Assembly (NCBI GenBank): GCA_003221035.1
Contig: QHUB01000030.1
Coordinates: forward strand, 28,763 to 92,762
Direction of reading: 5' to 3'
DNA: 64,000 bases
Origin: Gemmatimonadota bacterium
Lineage (GTDB): Bacteria; Gemmatimonadota; Gemmatimonadetes; Gemmatimonadales; GWC2-71-9
Shown: positions 17,346 to 28,887 of the stretch, piece by piece
Layout of the letters: the number at the start of each line of letters is the position of its first letter
Position numbering within the stretch: the first letter of the stretch is position 1
Made by a program: the position numbers and the translations under genes
The notes under the pieces: generated by a model
Database searches by the model: none
What the model saw: the letters and a program-made list of their open reading frames with translations, nothing else
What the model was told of the DNA's origin: nothing

Positions 17346-18578
17346 CCCATAGAACGGATCGAGCGGCGCGGGCACTGCGTTCAGCGATCCTTGAAACCCG
17401 ATACCGACTGTCGCCCACCGAGTGCGAGTGACTTCGCGAATGTATCCGACGGATAGTGCGGTGACCGTGAATGTCGACTCCGGTGCGAAGCCTCCGAGTC
17501 CCGTCGGCAGCACGAGATCTTCCGCGGTCTTCTGCACAACTTCGAGGCGCCCAAAGAATGTGTTGCGGGGATCCAGGACGGCCTCGGTTTCGGCTACAGC
17601 GGAATGCGTCGTCCTTCCAGAGCGCCGGTTGGCACCCCAGATCACCGCCGAAGCGATCTGTCCGTCCATCGCCAATTTCCGACCGTGCAAGACGGAGGCC
17701 GTCACACGATGCAGCGATTGCGAAGGATTCAGAGCCTCGGGACTCTTGAGGAAGCCATATCCCGCCGCTATCACCCAGCTCGAATCCAGGTGTGCGGTGA
17801 ATCGTCCCGAATAGGAATCCAATCGGAGGCGATCGAATCCCCACCGCTGTTCATCCGGTTCGCGACCGTTGAAAACCGAGCCTTCCAGCTTCCAGTGTTG
17901 ACCAAAGAGACCGGCGGTGAGCACGCCAAAACTGATGTGTGTGGCATCCTGCCAATGGTGAGACAACGGCGCCGCCAGATTGTCCATTGCCGAAGGGCGG
18001 TGCATGAAGGCCACGGGACCGAGCGCGGGCTCCCCTGAAGGGGCAGCATACACGGACACGCCGAGGCTGTGTGAGATGGCTCTTTCATACATCACGGCCA
18101 ACTCCATCCAGAAATCATGCGGATGCTGGCGATCGTGCACTGGTTGGCCGTTGTAGCTCTCGCCGGTTTGGAGCAGCAGCGGATAGCCTCGGTTCGAAAG
18201 GGTCGCGGGATCGAGGCTCAGCATCGTTCTTGCCTGAAACCGGCCGCCCCACATGTCACGGCTCGCCATCAGCATCGCCCAATTGAGCGAGCCGAACTGT
18301 TCATCTCCCCTTGGGCCACCCTGCTTGTCGTACTGCACGAACACAAATCCATGCAGCATGAGGAGCCACGAGCCGGACATGACGTGTCGGGCGGGCAGAG
18401 AAACGGCGTCAGGAATCCACGTGGTACCGGAGCCCATCCGTTCCATCGAAACGCCGAGTGGGTCGATCATCATCGCCATCATCGGCTTGTGGTGAGTCGG
18501 TTGTGGCTTCGCATGTTCTGGGTGTTGTGCAACGAGCAGGGATGGCAGAAGCAAGGTCGAAAGGATATAGCGAAACAT
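17229..18578 (-). CDS. Secreted uncharacterised protein, putative outer-membrane beta-barrel (paralog 2)
   Basis: Signal MFRYILSTLLLPSLLVA|QHPEHAKPQPTHHKPMMAMM (His/Met-rich). Motif-level similarity along its whole length to 13526..14677. Confidence 0.6.
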   Translation of the reverse strand: MFRYILSTLLLPSLLVAQHPEHAKPQPTHHKPMMAMMIDPLGVSMERMGSGTTWIPDAVSLPARHVMSGSWLLMLHGFVFVQYDKQGGPRGDEQFGSLNWAMLMASRDMWGGRFQARTMLSLDPATLSNRGYPLLLQTGESYNGQPVHDRQHPHDFWMELAVMYERAISHSLGVSVYAAPSGEPALGPVAFMHRPSAMDNLAAPLSHHWQDATHISFGVLTAGLFGQHWKLEGSVFNGREPDEQRWGFDRLRLDSYSGRFTAHLDSSWVIAAGYGFLKSPEALNPSQSLHRVTASVLHGRKLAMDGQIASAVIWGANRRSGRTTHSAVAETEAVLDPRNTFFGRLEVVQKTAEDLVLPTGLGGFAPESTFTVTALSVGYIREVTRTRWATVGIGFQGSLNAVPAPLDPFYGSRTPIGGMIFVRVRPLHARHDMAGNITPMLGMREHNHE

Positions 18579-18662
18579 GAAAGCCCCCAAGTAGAGCAAA
18601 GTCTCGAGCGTCGCATGCGAGTGGCCCGCTGCGATGTGTGAACGCCGACAGTTCTCGGGGAG

Positions 18663-19001
18663 CTAGGCTCTGGGAGGCGGTGCTTCTGGTGCGGTGCTAA
18701 CTGAGCAGTGTGCGAGGAGAGCGGTGAGAATTTGTCTGGGAGCGGACTGCACTCCCGCCAGAACCTGCGTGGGTCTGGTGAGCCCGATAGTGGCGGAGCA
18801 GGAGCTCAGCGCCTGGCAACAGACGGGAATCGCGGAAGTATGGGTGCGGTGATTAGTCGATTCTGAGCGAGCGTGCTGGCCGGCACCGTGGTGCTGGTGG
18901 CGTGACGTGGTCTCGATGCGGCATCTGGACTCGTTCGCGACAAAGCCGAGGTGCAGGACGAGAAAGGCGAGTGGCAAGCCGAAAAGACGGGAGGCCTTCA
19001 C
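18663..19001 (-). CDS. Small secreted His/Cys-containing hypothetical protein
   Basis: Signal-like MKASRLFGLPLAFLVLHLGFVA, then HQHHGAGQHARSESTNHRTH and a CC..C segment. Lies 63 nt upstream of paralog 2 on the same strand. Composition is less GC-rich than the surroundings. Confidence 0.35.
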   Translation of the reverse strand: MKASRLFGLPLAFLVLHLGFVANESRCRIETTSRHQHHGAGQHARSESTNHRTHTSAIPVCCQALSSCSATIGLTRPTQVLAGVQSAPRQILTALLAHCSVSTAPEAPPPRA

Positions 19002-19226
19002 GAAGGGATAGTTAACTGGTAGGCCCTGGAAAAGGAGCCCGCCTCAGAGCGCCTGCCTCAACTCGTCCGCTTCACGCTGCGATTGCCGTTTCGCCGGCGC
19101 GGGCACGGCGGCGGGAAAACTCTGCGGTCAACGGGAAGAGGCGCCTACTTCCTGGCGTTTGTGGTGCTCGCGCAGCGGAGCAGGAGTACCAAACCCGCAG
19201 GCCCGCCGCTAACTTAGGAGCCGGCC

Positions 19227-19298
19227 GCCACCGTAGCTCAGCGGTAGAGCTCTCGATTCGTAATCGAGTGGTCGTCGGTTCAATTCCGACCGGTGGCT
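19227..19298 (+). tRNA. tRNA-Thr (anticodon CGT)
   Basis: Hand-folded cloverleaf: acceptor GCCACCG/CGGTGGC, D arm GCTC/GAGC, anticodon arm CTCGA-TTCGTAA-TCGAG, T arm GTCGG-TTCAATT-CCGAC, discriminator T. No encoded CCA. Confidence 0.9.
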
Positions 19299-19313
19299 CT
19301 TTCGGCAGGCCTC

Positions 19314-19342
19314 TTGACACATCCGACCAGAAGTGGAGATTG
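19314..19342 (+). promoter_or_regulatory. Candidate promoter of the leu/ilv operon
   Basis: Perfect TTGACA at 19314-19319. Weak -10 candidates (GAGATT/AGATTG) lie 16-17 nt downstream and are preceded by TG. Confidence 0.3.
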
Positions 19343-19353
19343 ATGGCTCGCAC

Positions 19354-19446
19354 ATGAACGCTTTCGCGCTGCTCCTTAGCCTCGTCCTGCTGCTGGGCCT
19401 TACGCTCAGCAGGGGGGTCGCGGCGCGCGCGGAGGTAAGAAGCTAG
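19354..19446 (+). CDS. Leu-rich leader peptide (30 aa)
   Basis: MNAFALLLSLVLLLGLTLSRGVAARAEVRS has 9 Leu in codons 6-18, including CTG CTG CTG. A terminator follows, then leuA. The ATG overlaps the TGA of a 4-codon mini-ORF (ATG 19343) that has GGAG upstream. Confidence 0.55.
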   Translation: MNAFALLLSLVLLLGLTLSRGVAARAEVRS

Positions 19447-19476
19447 AAGTCGCTCGAAAGACGAAGCAGGACCGGC

Positions 19477-19513
19477 GCCGCGAACCCAATCAGGTTCGCG
19501 GCTTTTTTGTTTT
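19477..19513 (+). terminator. Intrinsic terminator (attenuator) upstream of leuA
   Basis: GCCGCGAACC-caatca-GGTTCGCGGC (perfect 10-bp stem) followed by TTTTTTGTTTT. It ends 24 nt before the leuA ATG. Confidence 0.75.
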
Positions 19514-19536
19514 CTCATCGCGAAGTCGGGGGAACC

Positions 19537-21090
<1,554 letters not shown>

Positions 21091-21092
21091 CC

Positions 21093-22784
21093 ATGAGCCT
21101 CGAGCTGCTGACAGGCGCACAGATCCTGTGTCGCACACTGGTCGACGCGGGCGTCGAGGTCATGTTCGGCTATCCCGGCGGCGCCATCATGCCGTTTTAC
21201 GACGCGCTCCACGGCCACGCCGGCCTGCGACACATCCTCGTACGGCACGAGCAGGCGGCGGCCCACGCCGCCGATGGCTACGCCCGCGCCGGACAGCGCG
21301 TGGGTGTGTGCGTCGCGACCTCCGGGCCGGGCGCGACGAACCTCGTGACCGGGCTCGCCACCGCGCACATGGACGGCTCACCCGTGGTCGCCATCACGGG
21401 CCAGGTCGGCCGGCCGATGCTCGGCCGCGATGCGTTTCAGGAGACCGACGTCGTCGGCGTGACGATGCCGGTGACCAAGCACAACGTGCTGGTGCGCGAC
21501 GTCGAAGATCTCGCTGACGATGTGCGCGAGGCGATGGCGATCGCGATCGAGGGACGGCCGGGGCCCGTGCTCGTGGACGTGCCGAAGGATGTCCAGAACC
21601 AGAAAGCTGAATACCGGGAGTCAGGAGCCGGGAGTCGGGGATCGATGAAACCCCAGACTCCTGACTTCCGGCTCCTCGACGACGCCCTGAAGCAAGTCGC
21701 AAGTCTCATCGCCACCGCAGAGCGTCCCCTGCTCATGATCGGCCGCGGCGTCATCGTGAGCGGCGCATACGCGGAAGTCCGGGCGCTCGCCGAACGCACG
21801 GGCATGCCGGTGATCACCACGCTGCTCGGCATCAGCGCGTTCCCGCAGTCGCACGAGCTGCACCTCGGGATGCCGGGCATGCACGGCGAAGTCCACATCA
21901 ACAAGGCGATTCAATCCGCCGACTTGCTCGTCGGCATCGGCATGCGCTTCGACGACCGCGTGACGGGCAATACGGCCACCTTTGCCCCGCGCGCGAAGAT
22001 CGTGCACATCGATATCGACGGCGCCGCCATCGGTCGCACGGTGCGCTGCGACGTCGCGCTGGTCGGTGACGCTCGCGCCATCGTTCAACAGCTGCTCGCC
22101 GCAATCGCGCCGCGGGATTGCGTGCCCTGGCGGCAAGAGATTGCCGCGCTCATGCACCAGCGCGAAGAGTCGTTCGCGGGCGGGTTGTCGCCCGAAGTGA
22201 TCCTGTCGGCGCTCGCCGAGGTCACCGAGGGTCGCTGCACCATCGTGTCCGACGTCGGGCAGCATCAGATGTGGGTCGCCCAGCGCTATCCGTTCCAGCG
22301 GCCCAACACGCACATCACGTCCGGTGGACTGGGCGCGATGGGATTCGCCGTGCCCGCCGCGATGGGCGTGCGCCTGGCGCGACCCGACGAGCCGGTCTGG
22401 GCGATCTCGGGCGACGGCGGCTTTCAGATGAACATGGCGGAGATCGCGACGATGGTGCAGGAAGGCATCGAAGTGAAGCTCGCGATCTTCAACAACGGGT
22501 ACCTCGGCATGGTGCGGCAGTGGCAGCAGTTCTTCCATGGCGGCCGCTACTCGAACACGCCGATCTGGAGCCCGGACTATGTAAAGCTGGCCGCGGCGTA
22601 CGGAATTCCCGGCTGGCGCGTGAAGCATGCCGGTGAAGTGACGGACGTGCTCCAGGAGGCGAACGCCACGCCCGGCCCCACGCTCGTCGAGCTGGTGATC
22701 GAGCAGGAAGCCAACGTCTTCCCGATGATCGTCCCGGGCGGATCACTCTCCGAGCCGCTCGAAGCGGCTCCGGCCCAAACATGA
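21093..22784 (+). CDS. ilvB: Acetolactate synthase (AHAS) large subunit
   Basis: Start at [35 protein letters not shown] motif [16 protein letters not shown]. The upstream part of track ORF 20214..22784 is an out-of-gene extension. Confidence 0.95.
   Translation: MSLELLTGAQILCRTLVDAGVEVMFGYPGGAIMPFYDALHGHAGLRHILVRHEQAAAHAADGYARAGQRVGVCVATSGPGATNLVTGLATAHMDGSPVVAITGQVGRPMLGRDAFQETDVVGVTMPVTKHNVLVRDVEDLADDVREAMAIAIEGRPGPVLVDVPKDVQNQKAEYRESGAGSRGSMKPQTPDFRLLDDALKQVASLIATAERPLLMIGRGVIVSGAYAEVRALAERTGMPVITTLLGISAFPQSHELHLGMPGMHGEVHINKAIQSADLLVGIGMRFDDRVTGNTATFAPRAKIVHIDIDGAAIGRTVRCDVALVGDARAIVQQLLAAIAPRDCVPWRQEIAALMHQREESFAGGLSPEVILSALAEVTEGRCTIVSDVGQHQMWVAQRYPFQRPNTHITSGGLGAMGFAVPAAMGVRLARPDEPVWAISGDGGFQMNMAEIATMVQEGIEVKLAIFNNGYLGMVRQWQQFFHGGRYSNTPIWSPDYVKLAAAYGIPGWRVKHAGEVTDVLQEANATPGPTLVELVIEQEANVFPMIVPGGSLSEPLEAAPAQT
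21615..21678. repeat. Long imperfect palindrome inside ilvB (GGGAGTC-type element)
   Basis: CCGGGAGTCAGGAGCCGGGAGTCGGGG-atcgatgaaa-CCCCAGACTCCTGACTTCCGGCTCC. Shares the 11-mer CGGGAGTCGGG and the 9-mer CTCCTGACT with the hairpin at 50779-50832. Confidence 0.6.
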
Positions 22785-24151
22785 ACGCGTCGCGCCGCGT
22801 CACCGTCCTGCTCCGTGACGATCTGTTGACGCTGGGCCGCGCGTGCAGCGTCTTGCGCCGGCGCAACATGCCGATTCACGATTTCGCGGTCGCCTCGCCG
22901 TCACCCGGCATGTGGCGGATGACCTGCGCGATCGACGTCGATGATCCGACCGCCGAGAATCTCGCGCTGTTGATGCAGAATGTGGTTGGCGTGAAGCAGG
23001 CCACCATTGGTGTACCGGCGCCCGACCAATTGCCTCTGCCCCCAGAACCATCCTCACCTTCCGGAGATATCATGAGCGCACCCGTGCGCATCTATTACGA
23101 GAAAGACACCGATCCTGCCCGCCTCACGGATCGGACGTTCGCGATCATCGGGTACGGCAGCCAGGGACATGCCCATGCGCTGAACCTGCGCGACTCGGGC
23201 GCCCGCGTGATCGTCGGACTGCGGCCGAATGGCGCGTCGTGGAAACGCGCGGAGGCCGATGGCCTCGAGGTGCAGCCAGTGGCCGATGCCGCGGAAGCGG
23301 GCGACGTCATCATGCTCCTCGTGCCCGATCCGGAGCAGCGCGCGGTGTACGAAACCGCCGTGTTGCCGGCGCTGCGAGAGGGGAAGACGTTGATGTTCGC
23401 GCACGGCTTCAACATCCACTTCGGCGAGATCAAGCCGCCGCCCGGCGTCGATGTCTCGATGATCGCGCCCAAGTCTCCGGGTCATCTCGTGCGCAGCGAG
23501 TTCCAGGCGGGCCGCGGCGTGCCGGGTCTCGTGGCCATCCATCAGAACGCCAGCGGGAAGGCGCTCGAGAACGCGCTCGCGTACGGCACCGGTATCGGCT
23601 GTACGCGCGCCGGTGTGCTCGCCACCACGTTCGCCGAGGAAACCGAAACCGATCTGTTCGGGGAGCAGGCGGTGCTGTGCGGCGGCGTGACCGCGCTCAT
23701 CCAGGCCGGGTTCGAGACGCTGACCGAAGCGGGATACGCGCCGGAGATGGCGTACTTCGAATGTCTCCACGAGCTGAAGCTGATCGTGGATCTGATCTAC
23801 CGCGGTGGACTCGGCTTCATGCGCCACTCGATCAGCGATACGGCCGAGTACGGCGATCTGACCCGCGGCGAGCGCGTGATCAGCCCGGCGGTGCGTGAGG
23901 AAATGCGCCGCTTGTTGGCCGACATCCGCAGCGGCGTGTTTGCCAGGGAATGGATCGCCGAGTGTCGCAACGGCGCGCCCAAGTTCAACGAGCTGCGTCG
24001 CGCCGCGAAAGAGCATCAGATTGAGCAGGTCGGCGCGCGGCTGCGCGCGATGATGCCGTGGACCGAAGAGGGCAAGGGGGCGCAGGCTGGTCGCGCACGG
24101 CCGGTGGCAGGGGTGCAGCATGCTGCGCCCCTACAATCTTCGCGCGCGTGA
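22781..24151 (+). CDS. Single ORF: IlvN-like ACT domain, Pro/Ser linker, ketol-acid reductoisomerase (no intervening stop)
   Basis: ATGA overlap with the ilvB stop. Residues 1-76 resemble an AHAS small-subunit ACT domain ([33 protein letters not shown]...[11 protein letters not shown]...VVGVKQATI). Linker [21 protein letters not shown], then KARI in the same frame. Confidence 0.6.
   Translation: MNASRRVTVLLRDDLLTLGRACSVLRRRNMPIHDFAVASPSPGMWRMTCAIDVDDPTAENLALLMQNVVGVKQATIGVPAPDQLPLPPEPSSPSGDIMSAPVRIYYEKDTDPARLTDRTFAIIGYGSQGHAHALNLRDSGARVIVGLRPNGASWKRAEADGLEVQPVADAAEAGDVIMLLVPDPEQRAVYETAVLPALREGKTLMFAHGFNIHFGEIKPPPGVDVSMIAPKSPGHLVRSEFQAGRGVPGLVAIHQNASGKALENALAYGTGIGCTRAGVLATTFAEETETDLFGEQAVLCGGVTALIQAGFETLTEAGYAPEMAYFECLHELKLIVDLIYRGGLGFMRHSISDTAEYGDLTRGERVISPAVREEMRRLLADIRSGVFAREWIAECRNGAPKFNELRRAAKEHQIEQVGARLRAMMPWTEEGKGAQAGRARPVAGVQHAAPLQSSRA
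23072..24151 (+). CDS. ilvC: Ketol-acid reductoisomerase (class I), independently initiable core
   Basis: GGAG at 23063-23066, 5 nt before ATG 23072. [12 protein letters not shown]...[19 protein letters not shown], and [17 protein letters not shown]. Confidence 0.9.
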   Translation: MSAPVRIYYEKDTDPARLTDRTFAIIGYGSQGHAHALNLRDSGARVIVGLRPNGASWKRAEADGLEVQPVADAAEAGDVIMLLVPDPEQRAVYETAVLPALREGKTLMFAHGFNIHFGEIKPPPGVDVSMIAPKSPGHLVRSEFQAGRGVPGLVAIHQNASGKALENALAYGTGIGCTRAGVLATTFAEETETDLFGEQAVLCGGVTALIQAGFETLTEAGYAPEMAYFECLHELKLIVDLIYRGGLGFMRHSISDTAEYGDLTRGERVISPAVREEMRRLLADIRSGVFAREWIAECRNGAPKFNELRRAAKEHQIEQVGARLRAMMPWTEEGKGAQAGRARPVAGVQHAAPLQSSRA

Positions 24152-25545
24152 CGAAGACGCTGTTCGAACGCGTCTGGGCGTCGCACGTCGTCAAGCAGCT
24201 CACGGACGACGTGGCGCTGCTGTATGTCGATCTGCATCTGATTCACGAAGTGACGTCGCCGCAGGCATTTGCAGGATTGAAGCGCGAGGGCCGCGCGGTA
24301 CGACGGCCCGAGCGCACGCTGGCGACGGTGGATCACAGCATCCCGACCGGTGATCGCTCGCTCCCGATCGCCGACGCCGTCGCGGCCCGTCAAGTCGACG
24401 TGCTCGGCGGCAACGCGCGGGAATTCGGGATCGAGCTGTTTGACCTCACGTCGCCGGGGCAGGGCATCGTCCACGTGATCGGTCCGGAGCTCGGCGCGAC
24501 GCAGCCCGGCATGGTGATCGTGTGCGGCGACTCGCACACGGCGACCCACGGCGCGTTCGGGGCGTTCGCGATCGGCATCGGCACGAGCGAGGTGGAGCAC
24601 GTGCTGGCGACGCAATGCATCGCGCTCTCCAAGCCACGCACCCTGGAAGCGCGCTTTACCGGGAGCCGGGGGCCGGGAGTGGGGGCTAAGGACTTGATCC
24701 TGGCGCTCATCGGGAAGATCGGCACGGCCGGCGCGACGGGACATGTCATCGAGTACACGGGCGAAGCGATCCGCGCGCTCTCGATGGAAGAGCGGATGAC
24801 GGTGTGCAACATGTCGATCGAGGCCGGCGCGCGCGCCGGGATGATCGCGCCCGATGATGTGACATTTGCGTATCTGAAGGGACGACCGCGGGTGCACACC
24901 GGTGAGGCGTGGACCAAAGACGTCGCGCGCTGGCGTAGACTCCGAAGCAATTCAGGAGCGCGCTACGACACGCAGGTCATGCTCGATGCATCGAGAATTG
25001 GACCGCAAGTCACGTGGGGGACGACTCCCGGCATGGTCGCTGACATCACGGCGCGCGTGCCGGATCCCGCGGCGCTGGGCACCGACGCCGAGCGCCACGC
25101 GGCCCAGCGCGCGCTGCAATACATGGGGCTCGAGCCTGGAACGCCGCTCGCCGGCATTCCGATCGATCGCGTGTTCCTCGGCTCCTGCACGAATGCCCGT
25201 ATCGAAGACCTGCGCGCCGCGGCCGGCGTGGTGCGCGGCCGCCACGTGGCGGCGCGCGTGCGCGCCATGGTGGTGCCCGGCTCGCAGCGCGTGAAAGCGC
25301 AAGCGGAAGCGGAGGGCCTCGATCAGGTATTCCGCGAAGCCGGGTTCGAGTGGCGCAACGCGGGCTGCTCGATGTGTCTCGGCATGAATGACGACATCCT
25401 GGGCGCCGGCGAGCGCTGCGCCGCGACGTCGAACCGCAATTTTGAAGGGCGCCAGGGACGCGGCGGCCGGACGCATCTCATGAGCCCGATGATGGCGGCA
25501 GCGGCGGCCATCGAAGGCCATCTCGTGGACGTGCGCGGATGGTGA
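24148..25545 (+). CDS. leuC: 3-isopropylmalate dehydratase large subunit
   Basis: GTG start (GTGA overlap with the ilvC stop). V(M)[14 protein letters not shown]...[15 protein letters not shown]. Cys ligand regions CNMSIE and [11 protein letters not shown]...GCSMCLGMN. Confidence 0.95.
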   Translation: MTKTLFERVWASHVVKQLTDDVALLYVDLHLIHEVTSPQAFAGLKREGRAVRRPERTLATVDHSIPTGDRSLPIADAVAARQVDVLGGNAREFGIELFDLTSPGQGIVHVIGPELGATQPGMVIVCGDSHTATHGAFGAFAIGIGTSEVEHVLATQCIALSKPRTLEARFTGSRGPGVGAKDLILALIGKIGTAGATGHVIEYTGEAIRALSMEERMTVCNMSIEAGARAGMIAPDDVTFAYLKGRPRVHTGEAWTKDVARWRRLRSNSGARYDTQVMLDASRIGPQVTWGTTPGMVADITARVPDPAALGTDAERHAAQRALQYMGLEPGTPLAGIPIDRVFLGSCTNARIEDLRAAAGVVRGRHVAARVRAMVVPGSQRVKAQAEAEGLDQVFREAGFEWRNAGCSMCLGMNDDILGAGERCAATSNRNFEGRQGRGGRTHLMSPMMAAAAAIEGHLVDVRGW

Positions 25546-26126
25546 AGCCGTTCACCCAGCACCGGGGCCGCCTGGTCACGTTGCCGCGGCGCGACGTCGA
25601 TACCGATCAGATCATCCCCAAGCAGTTTCTGAAAGGCATCGAGCGGACCGGCTTCGGGCCCGCGCTGTTCTGCGATTGGCGCTACCGGCCCGACGGCTCG
25701 CCCGACCCCGGCTTCGAGCTCAACAGTCCGGCGGCGGAGGGCGCGACGATTCTGGTGACCGGTCCGAACTTCGGTTGCGGGTCTTCGCGCGAGCACGCCG
25801 TGTGGGCGCTCGCCGAATACGGATTCCGTGCCGTCATCGCGCCATCCTTCGCGGACATCTTCACCTCGAACTGTTATCGCAACGGTCTTCTGCCGGTACG
25901 CCTGCCGGCACCGGAGGTGGATGCGCTGATCCGGAGCACCGAAGGCGGAATCCATGAACTGACGATCGATCTCGAGAAACAGCTCATCACGGACGATCGC
26001 GGATTCAAGACGGGGTTCCGCGCTGATCCATACGGCCGCGAGCTGCTGCTGCGCGGTCTCGACGAAATCGGACGGACGCTGCTGGACGAGCCGAGTATCG
26101 CGGCGTATGAGCGGAGACACCCATGA
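25539..26126 (+). CDS. leuD: 3-isopropylmalate dehydratase small subunit
   Basis: [31 protein letters not shown]. Confidence 0.95.
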   Translation: MVKPFTQHRGRLVTLPRRDVDTDQIIPKQFLKGIERTGFGPALFCDWRYRPDGSPDPGFELNSPAAEGATILVTGPNFGCGSSREHAVWALAEYGFRAVIAPSFADIFTSNCYRNGLLPVRLPAPEVDALIRSTEGGIHELTIDLEKQLITDDRGFKTGFRADPYGRELLLRGLDEIGRTLLDEPSIAAYERRHP

Positions 26127-27208
26127 AGACATACCGCATCGCCGTGCTCTCCGGAGACGGCATCGGACCTGAAGTCATCGCGCAGGCGGTGCGCGTGTTG
26201 GAGGCGGTCGGCGAACGATTCGCGATTCGCTTTGCGCTCGACGCCCTTCCGGTCGGCGCGGCGGGTGTGCGCGCGGCGAACAATCCACTGCCGCCCGAGA
26301 CGCGCGTGGCAGTCACTCGAAGTGATGCGGTGTTGCTCGGTGCCGTGGGCGATCCGTCCTTGGACACCGCCCCCCGCGAGCTCAAGCCGGAGACCGGCCT
26401 GCTCGCGCTGCGCAAGCTGTTGAACGTCTACGCCAATCTGCGGCCCGTGGCGCTTCACCCGGCGCTCGCGGCGTGCTCGCCGCTCAAGCCCAATCGGCTC
26501 CGCGGCGTGGATCTGCTCGTCGTGCGCGAGCTGACGGGCGGGCTCTACTATGGAGAGCCGCGCGGCCGAAACGGCACCCGCGCCGTCAATACGCTTACCT
26601 ATACGACTGCCGAAATCGAACGTATCGCGCGCGTCGCATTCGAGGCGGCGCGTCCCCGCAGACGATTGGTCACGTCTGTGGACAAGGCGAACGTGCTCGA
26701 GGTGTCCCAGCTGTGGCGGGAGACGGTGACGGCGGTCGCGCGTGCCTTCCCGGATGTGCGCCTCGAGCACTCCTACGTCGATACCGCCGCCATGCGCCTC
26801 GTCAGCGATCCGGCGTCGCTCGACGTCGTGCTGACCGAGAACATGTTCGGCGACATCCTGAGCGACGAAGCCGCCGTACTGGCCGGATCGCTCGGCCTGC
26901 TGCCTTCTGCTTCGCTCGGCGACGGACCTGGACTGTTCGAGCCTGTGCACGGCTCGGCGCCGCCGCTGGCGGGCCGGGACGTCGCCAATCCCCTCGGCGC
27001 GATTGCGACCGTCGGTCTGTTGTTGCGGCACGGTCTGCACCTGCCCGAGGCCGCGGATGCGGTGGACCAGGCGGTCGCCGCGGCGCTCGAGGCCGGCGCG
27101 CGCACGGAGGACATCGCTCACGCCGGCGAGCAGATTATCGGCACGAAGGAGATGGGAGCGCGGATAGTGGAGCTGGTATTGGCCGAGGCACTCGAGGGAC
27201 TGTCATGA
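26123..27208 (+). CDS. leuB: 3-isopropylmalate dehydrogenase
   Basis: [42 protein letters not shown] overlaps on both sides. Confidence 0.95.
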   Translation: MKTYRIAVLSGDGIGPEVIAQAVRVLEAVGERFAIRFALDALPVGAAGVRAANNPLPPETRVAVTRSDAVLLGAVGDPSLDTAPRELKPETGLLALRKLLNVYANLRPVALHPALAACSPLKPNRLRGVDLLVVRELTGGLYYGEPRGRNGTRAVNTLTYTTAEIERIARVAFEAARPRRRLVTSVDKANVLEVSQLWRETVTAVARAFPDVRLEHSYVDTAAMRLVSDPASLDVVLTENMFGDILSDEAAVLAGSLGLLPSASLGDGPGLFEPVHGSAPPLAGRDVANPLGAIATVGLLLRHGLHLPEAADAVDQAVAAALEAGARTEDIAHAGEQIIGTKEMGARIVELVLAEALEGLS

Positions 27209-28887
27209 CGGGGAAGGACAATTTCCGCAGCAAGGCGATCACCGAAGGATTGGAGCGCGCCCCGAACCGGGCGATGCTGCGCGCGGTGGGCTTTCGCGAC
27301 GGTGATTTCGGCAAGCCGATCGTCGGTGTCGCGAGCGCGCACAGCACCATCACGCCCTGCAATGCCGGGTTGGACCGATTGGCGAAGCGGGCGGAGCAGG
27401 CGCTGCGCGAAGCCGGCACGATGCCCCAGACATTCGGCACGATCACCGTCAGCGACGGCATCTCGATGGGGACCGAGGGCATGCGCTATTCGCTCGTGTC
27501 GCGCGAGGTGATCGCCGACTCGATCGAGACGGCGTGCGGCGCGCAGCGCATGGACGGACTGGTCGCGATCGGCGGGTGCGACAAGAATATGCCGGGCGCT
27601 TTGATCGCGATCGCGCGACTCGATATCCCCGCGGTCTTCGTCTACGGCGGCACGATCAAGCCCGGGCACTTCGGCGGCCGCGATCTCACGGTGGTCAGTG
27701 TGTTCGAGGCGGTCGGCGCGGCCGGGGCGGGGCGCATGCCCGAGAGCGAGCTGCTCGAGATCGAGCGCCGAGCCTGTCCCGGCGCCGGCTCCTGCGGCGG
27801 CATGTTCACCGCGAACACGATGTCGTCCGCAATCGAAGCGCTCGGCATGAGCCTCCCCGGCACCTCGACCATGGCGGCAGAGGATCAGGAAACGGCGGAC
27901 GCCGCTGAGCGCGCCGGGCAGGTTCTGGCGGCGGCGGTGCGGGCGCGGCGCACACCGCGCCAGATCCTCACGCGCAAGGCGTTCGAAAACGCGATCGCCG
28001 TCGTCATGGCGATCGGTGGCTCCACAAACGCGGTCCTGCATCTGCTCGCGATTGCCCGGGCCGCCGGCGTGCCACTCGTGATCGACGACTTCGAGACGAT
28101 TCGCGCGCGCGTGCCCGTACTGTGCGATCTGAAGCCCTCCGGGCGCTACGTCGCGACCGATCTGCATCGTGCGGGGGGAATTCCGCAGGTCATGAGCATC
28201 CTCCTGGCGAACGGCGTGCTCCACGGTGACGCGCTGACGATCGACGGCCGATCTGTTGCCGAGGTGTTGAAAGAAACCCCGTCGACGCCGTCGCCGAGCC
28301 AGGACGTGATTCATCCGTGGGCCACGCCGCTCGCGCCGACGGGGCACATCGTGATCTTGCGCGGCAACCTCGCGCCTGAAGGCGCCGTCGCCAAAGTCAG
28401 CGGCAACGGTTCGCACCGAATCACCGGACCCGCGCGGGTTTTCGACTCCGAGGAGGCATGCCTTGCCGCGATTCTCGCGGGCGGTGTGAAGCAGGGCGAC
28501 GTCGTCATCATCCGCTACGAAGGTCCGAAGGGCGGACCCGGGATGCGCGAGATGCTTGCACCCACGGCGGCGCTCATCGGCGCGGGATTGGGGGAGAGCG
28601 TCGGCCTCATCACCGACGGGCGGTTCTCCGGCGGCTCGCATGGACTCGTCGTCGGGCACGTCGCGCCGGAAGCGGCGCTGGGCGGTCCGCTCGCCCTGGT
28701 CCGGGAAGGCGACTCCGTCACGATCGACGCGGGCAAACGCCGGCTCGAGATCAACATTTCCGAGCAAGAGCTCGCCGTGCGCCGGACCCGGTGGCAGCCC
28801 CCGCCGCCGCGCTACACCGCCGGCGTGCTGGCGAAATACGCTCGCCTCGTCTCCAGCAGCAGTGAGGGCGCGGTCACCGATGGTTGA
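27205..28887 (+). CDS. ilvD: Dihydroxy-acid dehydratase
   Basis: Start at [30 protein letters not shown]. The track ORF 26473..28887 N-terminus is an artefactual extension over leuB. Confidence 0.95.
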   Translation: MTGKDNFRSKAITEGLERAPNRAMLRAVGFRDGDFGKPIVGVASAHSTITPCNAGLDRLAKRAEQALREAGTMPQTFGTITVSDGISMGTEGMRYSLVSREVIADSIETACGAQRMDGLVAIGGCDKNMPGALIAIARLDIPAVFVYGGTIKPGHFGGRDLTVVSVFEAVGAAGAGRMPESELLEIERRACPGAGSCGGMFTANTMSSAIEALGMSLPGTSTMAAEDQETADAAERAGQVLAAAVRARRTPRQILTRKAFENAIAVVMAIGGSTNAVLHLLAIARAAGVPLVIDDFETIRARVPVLCDLKPSGRYVATDLHRAGGIPQVMSILLANGVLHGDALTIDGRSVAEVLKETPSTPSPSQDVIHPWATPLAPTGHIVILRGNLAPEGAVAKVSGNGSHRITGPARVFDSEEACLAAILAGGVKQGDVVIIRYEGPKGGPGMREMLAPTAALIGAGLGESVGLITDGRFSGGSHGLVVGHVAPEAALGGPLALVREGDSVTIDAGKRRLEINISEQELAVRRTRWQPPPPRYTAGVLAKYARLVSSSSEGAVTDG

